From: Nitrospira japonica
GTDB lineage: Bacteria > Nitrospirota > Thermodesulfovibrionia > Thermodesulfovibrionales > SM23-35
Direction: 5' to 3'
Assembly (NCBI GenBank): GCA_020725385.1
Contig: DYFC01000032.1
Span: forward strand, 63,493-127,492
Length of the DNA stretch: 64,000 bases
Below the pieces are notes generated by a model. That model was not told the origin of the DNA, did no database searches, and saw only the letters and a program-made list of their open reading frames with translations. Every line of letters begins with the position of its first letter. Within the stretch, counting starts at the first letter, position 1. Both the position numbers and the translations under genes were made by a program. Positions 58,701 through 64,000 of the stretch are shown in pieces.

Positions 58701-60452
58701 ATTGGAGATTATGGCAATGTAACTGTTATGGAGGTAACCGGCAATTATGATGCGAAAAATCCTGATGGAACGATTAACGTTATTCCAAGGCAAGAGATAG
58801 CAAAGGAATTCTTGAGAACCCATTCTGATCAATACGACTTTTTAGTAATATTCTCGAATTTCGACTTTACAATGCCTGATGCTGCTGCAAAAGCATTTTA
58901 TCTTGAGATAAAGAATGATGTGCATGGGATAGGAAAACTTATCTTTGATAATTCATCACTCTTTGGAAGTAATGGTAAACTTCAGGGAATGATTGACATG
59001 GGTAATATCTTAAAACTTGTTACAAACCCCTTAGACACTAAATTTGAAGAAACCATACTTACTCTTGCTCATGAACAGATGCACAGATGGGGTGCTAATA
59101 TTAAGTTTAAAGATGAAAGTGGAAACATCAGCACAGCACTTCTTGGAAAAGACGGTGTTCACTGGAGTTATCTATTAGATACAGATGCATCAGTTATGTA
59201 TGGTAATGATTGGAGGGACAACGGAGATGGGACTTTTACCTCAGTTGCAACAACGAAATACTACAGTTCCCTCGATCTTTATCTGATGGGGATGTATGAC
59301 AAATCACAGGTTGTGCCGATGCTTTTAATTGACAATCCCGCTATTGACCCAACTAAAATGCCTGAAGTTGGTGCAAAGGTTTCAGGAACAGCGAAGTTAG
59401 TGACAATTGATAATATAATTGCAGCAGAGTGTGAAAGGATACCTGATGCATCTATATCGCAAAAGACATTTAAAATAGCATATATTTTATTAACAAGACC
59501 TGATACCTATACTGGCAATGAGCTGGAAGGCATAGAGAATATCAGGAAAGCCTGGGCAGGAAGGTTCAGAAACCTTACATATGGCAAAGGCTCAATTATG
59601 GATGTTACACCATCAATCTCTATATTTGTATCTTCACCATCAGATGGCGAAACAGTAACAAAGTCTGATGTAATGATCAAAGGAGCTATAATTAATTCTA
59701 CAGGTAATGAAACTGGAGTAACTGTAAATGGTATTGTTGCGACTGTCTATGGCAATCAGTTTGTAGCTAATCATGTGCTATTGGTTGAAGGAGTGAACAC
59801 TATCACTATAAAAGCAACAGATACAGATGGAAACACAGCAACAACATCGATTACTGTGAATGCTATAACAACAGGTAATTATATAAGAATAACCTCAAAC
59901 ATAGAGTCAGGCATTGCACCGCTTGAGGTTATATTGAGAGTTGATGGTTCATTCAGCATTGAAGAATCAAATCTAAATATAACAGGACCTACACAACCAG
60001 AAATCGTATCCTCATCTCCTGATGAATACACCATCAGAATAATAGCAGAAGGGATATACTACATCACAGCAAATGTAACAGGTCCTGATGACATTCTTTA
60101 TGAAGACACAATTGCGATAGTAGTATTGAACAAAACACAGTTAGACAGATTACTTAGGAATAAATGGGAAGGCATGAAAGAGGCTTTGGGGAATAAGGAT
60201 ATTGAAGGCGCATTAAATTATTTCCATGAAACATCAAAAGAATCTTACAGACAGGCCTTTAATATACTCATAAATGAAATCCCTCACATTATCTCAGAAA
60301 TGCAAGATATAGAAATGATATACCAAACAGATGATATTTCCAAGTATAGAATAAACAGATTACATGAGATAAATGGAGCATACCATACAATAACTTACTA
60401 CATTTATTTTATAAAAGATAAGCAAGGATTTTGGAGGATAAACAAATTCTAA
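55737..60452 (+). CDS. Large multidomain extracellular-type protein: FN3, FG-GAP beta-propeller, Ig-like repeats, carboxypeptidase-regulatory-like domain, HEXXH zinc metalloprotease and C-terminal alpha/beta domain (5' end probably truncated)
   Basis: YYYKIKAVD.SGNES; repeated GDINGDG.D / D.FGYS; ITSP.DG...L.EG.N Ig repeats; LAHEQMHRWG...HWS...SVMYG...LDLYLMG. No signal peptide or SD at the TTG start. Confidence 0.8.
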   Translation: MLQRVSFFSFPMACYPFIFEWSNIGQGVDINATFNVNSNTPGIFSINPSKIYYYINNNKKIFNSSCNASIITIRYELVSPANPKNIYSISGDGVIRIKWDTNREADFSRYDIYKSLDSVSYQQIASTQVASFDDVSIQDNFTYYYKIKAVDTSGNESEFSVPTAETYQNIKIRTYDTSGATVAAVGDINGDKRADLVLGYPLAARKNKQEVGKVAIFYGGNTSSTPDVILYGEKEYDKFGYSLAVVDMNNDGYSELIVGDPSYSSLDNYRTAQPSIGKVYVYDGGSNFNTEPALTIIGEWNYNEFYNGYYFDHLGFSIAPAGDINGDGYQDVLIGAPYGAPYAPYGADYDLELAGKVEILLGGAYLSASRLSVFGQHSGDRIGYSVSSSGDINHDGYDDFVTGGVNIYGSSGKAYLFNGTPNNPSLSFIFQKQETGFGKAVSHMDITGDGFEDICIASDSGIDIHYGNTPLTNSSNIRLAGNSEFISSIGDLNCDGFNDIITGPGPKIYFGGNSENVADIVRSDAVVIGTGDIDGDGINEIIVSDSMRVYIYSVLSYLTLPKIIITSPQDNTVTRSSEITISGLIKGNVAKFLVGGQQISFTPNGQWTANVSLIEGNNIFEIIAVTSDGKINKRILSLKRSQSLPLAVAITSPVNGSVVNDTPIQVSGTVNDSTARVNVNGVQGIVSGNTFIATGINIKEGLNTITAVATDNKGQIASNSITITLLTKGTITGTVKDSTSNLPLPDTIVTVLDVFKTITTTTDSNGVFSITGVTQGNFTARFEKSGYISQTVNGTVSAGQTLTLNIRLTQVPPLHITITSPQDGAVLNASPISVTGNVNNNAEVIVKGVRASVSNNIFSASIPLVEGQNLITALATDEYGQTASHSITVTYSISPIINNITVTNITTNLVTITWTTNQPTSTLFEYGTTTSYGNAISDSTLTTSHTITLSNLTPDTTYHFKITSKNFYGLSSSTEDNTFTTKKFSAKTIGDYGNVTVMEVTGNYDAKNPDGTINVIPRQEIAKEFLRTHSDQYDFLVIFSNFDFTMPDAAAKAFYLEIKNDVHGIGKLIFDNSSLFGSNGKLQGMIDMGNILKLVTNPLDTKFEETILTLAHEQMHRWGANIKFKDESGNISTALLGKDGVHWSYLLDTDASVMYGNDWRDNGDGTFTSVATTKYYSSLDLYLMGMYDKSQVVPMLLIDNPAIDPTKMPEVGAKVSGTAKLVTIDNIIAAECERIPDASISQKTFKIAYILLTRPDTYTGNELEGIENIRKAWAGRFRNLTYGKGSIMDVTPSISIFVSSPSDGETVTKSDVMIKGAIINSTGNETGVTVNGIVATVYGNQFVANHVLLVEGVNTITIKATDTDGNTATTSITVNAITTGNYIRITSNIESGIAPLEVILRVDGSFSIEESNLNITGPTQPEIVSSSPDEYTIRIIAEGIYYITANVTGPDDILYEDTIAIVVLNKTQLDRLLRNKWEGMKEALGNKDIEGALNYFHETSKESYRQAFNILINEIPHIISEMQDIEMIYQTDDISKYRINRLHEINGAYHTITYYIYFIKDKQGFWRINKF

Positions 60453-60487
60453 TATATACAAAAATAAAACTAAAGAGGTAAAAGGGG

Positions 60488-61063
60488 ATGAAAAAAATAA
60501 TATTTATAATAAGTTTGTTGGGTTTATTTTTAGTTACTGCTGGTTGTGCAATAACAAAATCATTTGGTCCGTATTACGGAAAAGTGATTGAAGCAGAGAC
60601 AAAAGAGCCGATAGAGGGAGCAGCAGTGTTGGTTGTTTTTTATACAGAGGAATATGGACCTGCAGGAGCGATTACCAGATATGCTGATGCATTAGAGACA
60701 CTTACAGACAAAAATGGGGAATTCAAATTTCCAAGACATAGGATAACACTTTTTAGACCACTTCAGGGTTGGGATAGATATGGATACTTTACGATATTCA
60801 AACCTAGCTATGGATGCTATCCAGATCATAAAGATGTAAAACCAATGTTTGTTCCAAATGGATCGCTACCTGAAGATCAATATGTGATAATTGAGTTGCC
60901 AAGATTAAGAACAAGAGAAGAGATAGAAAGAAACGGATCCCCAAGGATTAGATATGAGATTCCATATAAAAAACAGAAGAATTATATTAGCTTGATCAAC
61001 CAGTTGAATGAACTTTTAGGCATCAAATTCAAAGAGTCAGAACAATCTTTTGGAAAGGAGTAA
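60488..61063 (+). CDS. Lipoprotein with a carboxypeptidase-regulatory-like (transthyretin-like) domain
   Basis: Lipobox LVTAGC; YYGKVIEAETKEPIEGAAV, TDKNGEF and IFKPSY motifs. Confidence 0.8.
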   Translation: MKKIIFIISLLGLFLVTAGCAITKSFGPYYGKVIEAETKEPIEGAAVLVVFYTEEYGPAGAITRYADALETLTDKNGEFKFPRHRITLFRPLQGWDRYGYFTIFKPSYGCYPDHKDVKPMFVPNGSLPEDQYVIIELPRLRTREEIERNGSPRIRYEIPYKKQKNYISLINQLNELLGIKFKESEQSFGKE

Positions 61064-61065
61064 AA

Positions 61066-63363
61066 ATGAAAAAAATCATTTTATGCTTAGTTACATGCAG
61101 TTTTTTATTCCTAATAACACCTAATATATATTCATATGACAACGAATATGTCCACCAAAATATAAATATTAATGCAGCGCAACAGTCAGAATATTTTTAC
61201 AATACTATGAAAAGGTTAGGATTTAAAGCTATAACTTCTCGAAAATTGTTAGAATTATATGTTGCGGATAAAAAAGTAAAAGCATGGTTTGAAGAAGGTG
61301 CAAAACTTGAAGATGAGACAGTCTGCCGTTCGCGAAACCATTTTCATGACCCATTGAAGCCTTGGGATAAAGCAGGTCTGAACAACTTTTTTATCAACAC
61401 ATTTTGTTTTGGCATAGGTGAAGATTTTTCAGTTGATTCATCCATAATATGGGCACAAAAACAACCTGAACTGTTATCGACAAAGAATTATTGGTCATGG
61501 AATAAAGCAAGGGAGTATTATTACAAGGCATTAACTGTAAATGACAAAAATACAAAAGAGATGTACTTTGCTCAAACCTTTAGATCTCTTGGACAAGTAA
61601 TGCATTTAATTGCAGATTCTTCAGTACCTGCACATGTAAGGAATGATATCCATGTGTTTCCGCTTACTATTCCTTATCTTGGAATTGAAATTGGAAGCCA
61701 GACATATGAGAGTTGGGCGAGGAAAAATCATAAGAAACTCAATTACTCAGAAATAGCATTAGACAATTCAATATTCAATCATGCAGTATATAATTCATCA
61801 GCACCTGTGGTTATATCTGCGTTATGGGATCAGGATAAATATGATGGGACAAATCTTAATGTGACAACAAAAAGTAGTATTGGATTAGCTGAATATACAA
61901 ACGCCAATTTTTTTAGTGAAGATACAATATTCAAAGACTATCCACATCCGACATATAATGACACAAACTATCCTTATATTGATTGGGAACATCCCGAAAT
62001 AGTTGATGCAGAAGATGGAAAATTTGACAATAGGATTTATATTAGAAAAATAATAGGACAGCCAATTCAACATCTTGCATCTTTGAGTTATATATCTGAA
62101 GACCTTATTAAAAAAAGCTCATATGAATATTCCCCACTAGTTCTTGATGAAAATGTCTATAAAGACTATGCCTCTTTACTCATTCCCCGAGCAGTAGGAT
62201 ATTCTGCTGGTTTGCTGAATTATTTCTTCAGGGGAAATATAGAAATAACTCTTCCATCTTCAGGAGTTTATGCACAGACAGACAATCCATCTGGATTCAC
62301 ACAGATAAAGCTTCGTGCAAGAAACATAACACCTGATAATGAACAAATGAATAATGGGACGATAGAGCTTGTTATGGGTTATCGTCTTGCAATTGATGAT
62401 CCTTTCCTTAACTATCCAGAGGATTATCCTTTTCGAGCAGAGAATGAAATAAAATATATCGTAGTTCCTGAGGCAAATGGAATTCGTTCGATACCAAATG
62501 ATAGGTATGTAGAGCTCACGTTTGATTTAAGTAGTAACCCAATTCCATTATTTGCGATAAATGTATTTATTCGTCTTATATACTATGGACAGCTTGGACT
62601 TGAAGATGGAGCAGTTGTAGTGGGATTCAAGGATATAAGCGAACCGACACCTGTTGACTTATTTAACGATATGGATCAGATATGTTTAAACGGAAGAATG
62701 TATGTAGCTGGAAGTGCTGAAGCTATAGACCAGGTGGACACAAATAATAACGGGATACCTATATGGGATGTTTATCCTCATGACATAAGTAATATCTACT
62801 TTAGGACTTCACCGAAAGATATACCCCAATATGCATCAGTTGCAAATCATAATATTGCAGTTTCATATCTTAACGCAGGGCATTCCATAAGAGCCTCATA
62901 TATCCTGACTGATTACACCTTTTCATATAATTCCTATCAGACGTTAGTTAAAACTATTGCAGAAGACCCTTGGGTTCACACCTCATGGAGGACAGAAGTG
63001 TATCCTGGCATGGCAATAAAGAACCAGGTAGAGTATGAAGAAGACCCTGATGTTTGCGCACCAATGGAGGCGCCATGTCATATCTGGTGGTATCCGACAT
63101 TTCTTGAATACAGGGGAATGAATATCTGGTGGGGCGGAGGGATAATGTATATAAATAAAGCATATCCTCAGGGTTCTGAATGTGATTGTTATCAAGGGGT
63201 ATTAAGGACTTGTATAAGCAACGCACGAACACTAAAGGCAACAGGAAGCAATGACAAATCCATTTCATTACGGAAAAGTTCAGCAGATGTTAGCATATCG
63301 AGAACCAATATGCAAATGCTTCCTCTTAATCATAAGCAAAGACATATTTCGATAGAGAGATAA
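61066..63363 (+). CDS. Secreted protein with an N-terminal Zn-dependent phospholipase C / P1 nuclease-like domain
   Basis: Signal peptide, then YDNEYVH, ED, RSRNHFHDP, LGQVMHLIADSSVPAH and YE, the same order as the tri-zinc ligands of the PLC/P1 fold. Confidence 0.68.
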   Translation: MKKIILCLVTCSFLFLITPNIYSYDNEYVHQNININAAQQSEYFYNTMKRLGFKAITSRKLLELYVADKKVKAWFEEGAKLEDETVCRSRNHFHDPLKPWDKAGLNNFFINTFCFGIGEDFSVDSSIIWAQKQPELLSTKNYWSWNKAREYYYKALTVNDKNTKEMYFAQTFRSLGQVMHLIADSSVPAHVRNDIHVFPLTIPYLGIEIGSQTYESWARKNHKKLNYSEIALDNSIFNHAVYNSSAPVVISALWDQDKYDGTNLNVTTKSSIGLAEYTNANFFSEDTIFKDYPHPTYNDTNYPYIDWEHPEIVDAEDGKFDNRIYIRKIIGQPIQHLASLSYISEDLIKKSSYEYSPLVLDENVYKDYASLLIPRAVGYSAGLLNYFFRGNIEITLPSSGVYAQTDNPSGFTQIKLRARNITPDNEQMNNGTIELVMGYRLAIDDPFLNYPEDYPFRAENEIKYIVVPEANGIRSIPNDRYVELTFDLSSNPIPLFAINVFIRLIYYGQLGLEDGAVVVGFKDISEPTPVDLFNDMDQICLNGRMYVAGSAEAIDQVDTNNNGIPIWDVYPHDISNIYFRTSPKDIPQYASVANHNIAVSYLNAGHSIRASYILTDYTFSYNSYQTLVKTIAEDPWVHTSWRTEVYPGMAIKNQVEYEEDPDVCAPMEAPCHIWWYPTFLEYRGMNIWWGGGIMYINKAYPQGSECDCYQGVLRTCISNARTLKATGSNDKSISLRKSSADVSISRTNMQMLPLNHKQRHISIER

Positions 63364-63417
63364 AGGAAACACAACTCAAAACTAATTAATGCAAAAATGA
63401 AGATAATACTCAAATAA

Positions 63418-63467
63418 AGTAAAGCGTTATGAAAGACCGTAAAGCGTAAGCACGTGAACACGTGAAA
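63418..63467. repeat. Degenerate 7-8-mer array (CGT[A/G]AAN)
   Basis: AGTAAAG CGTTATG ... CGTAAAG CGTAAGCA CGTGAACA CGTGAAA. Confidence 0.5.
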
Positions 63468-63633
63468 TTATAAAGTGTTGTTACTTCTCAAAAGCAAATT
63501 TTGGGTCAATTCTTTCCTATTGACATGAAAAGAGATTTTGAGGTCGAAAGAAATCTTTTATGCCCCTGATATGCCTCTGTTTTCTGGAACGGTATAAATA
63601 CGAATTTTATGGTTTACAAGACAATGCACTCTA

Positions 63634-63729
63634 TGGCTTGGTGGCATTGTTGTTTATAGGGAAAATAAGATAGAAAGAATTTCAGATGAGAACATATGGG
63701 CAATGCCTTCATGGAGGTTGCTTTGTTAA
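63634..63729 (+). pseudogene. Probable C-terminal remnant of an AAA-ATPase/DUF4143-type gene
   Basis: Manual translation WLGGIVVYRENKIERISDENIWAMPSWRLLC* resembles the G.VVY...I.A.P.W tail of that family. No intact upstream frame. Confidence 0.4.
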
Positions 63730-63806
63730 CATAGAAAATAATTGTTTTTTGAAAGCATATTATTTATATTTATCCATAAATCTAACTATATTTTAAGGAT
63801 AAGAAT

Positions 63807-64000
63807 ATGGGAAGAAATCCGAAGGTTCTAATTACTACTTTGTTTATTTCAATAATATTTTCTTTTCTAATGTCTTACACAATTTCTGCAAATGGAGCTT
63901 GTGTCCAGCCACCATCTAATATGGTCTCGTGGTGGAGAGCAGAAGGTAATGCTAATGATAGTGTAAGCACAAATCATGGTACATTAATAAACGGGGCTAC
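63807..64000 (+). CDS. Secreted LamG/concanavalin A-like domain protein, 5' part (runs off the window)
   Basis: Manual translation MGRNPKVLITTLFISIIFSFLMSYTISANGACVQPPSNMVSWWRAEGNANDSVSTNHGTLING: a signal peptide plus the C..PPS..VSWW..EGNAND start of LamG-like domains. Confidence 0.8.
   Translation, partial: MGRNPKVLITTLFISIIFSFLMSYTISANGACVQPPSNMVSWWRAEGNANDSVSTNHGTLINGA

Noticed and set aside
448-63268. Numerous 60-160 aa ORFs overlapping assigned genes (e.g. 458-769, 14949-15359, 24913-25395, 28618-28878, 42040-42474, 57782-58120)
   Set aside because: Antisense or alternate-frame shadows of well-supported genes, with no SD or recognisable motifs.
15530-63467. Short repeat arrays and REP hairpins as possible CRISPR arrays
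   Set aside because: No identical 23-47 bp repeats separated by unique spacers, and no cas genes in the window.
1-64000. tRNA, rRNA or known riboswitch genes
   Set aside because: No cloverleaf/T-loop pattern or long GC-rich structured non-coding stretch was recognised by eye. A tRNAscan/Infernal run would be needed to exclude them fully.

Overview
AT-rich bacterial chromosomal window. Gene content and order suggest Nitrospirota (Thermodesulfovibrionia-like), but that is inference. From left to right: (1) the mnmE-yidC-yidD-rnpA-rpmH block, queF, trpF/trpC, a TPR-glycosyltransferase gene and a full-length glycogen phosphorylase homolog whose active-site motifs are heavily degenerate; (2) a complete dcw cluster (mraZ to ftsZ) with a D-Ala-D-Ala carboxypeptidase inserted between mraY and murD; (3) HU, FBP aldolase/phosphatase, A-adding tRNA nucleotidyltransferase, diguanylate and adenylate cyclases, PolX and a cold-shock gene; (4) a type II secretion operon gspC-N; (5) an RGPP-motif uORF in front of tatA; (6) an accessory block of large secreted proteins. 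The strongest candidate for an undescribed system is the T2SS. Its secretin GspD ends in a 72-aa domain that aligns without gaps (25/72 identical, counted by hand) to the propeptide of the lipoprotein subtilase closing the same operon. That subtilase carries a Gly-rich/Cys C-terminal sorting signal and lies next to a CPBP (myxosortase-like) intramembrane protease gene. Also notable is a small TIR/REP element present as a GIY-YIG-carrying remnant and as an internally deleted derivative. No rRNA, tRNA or CRISPR array was seen.
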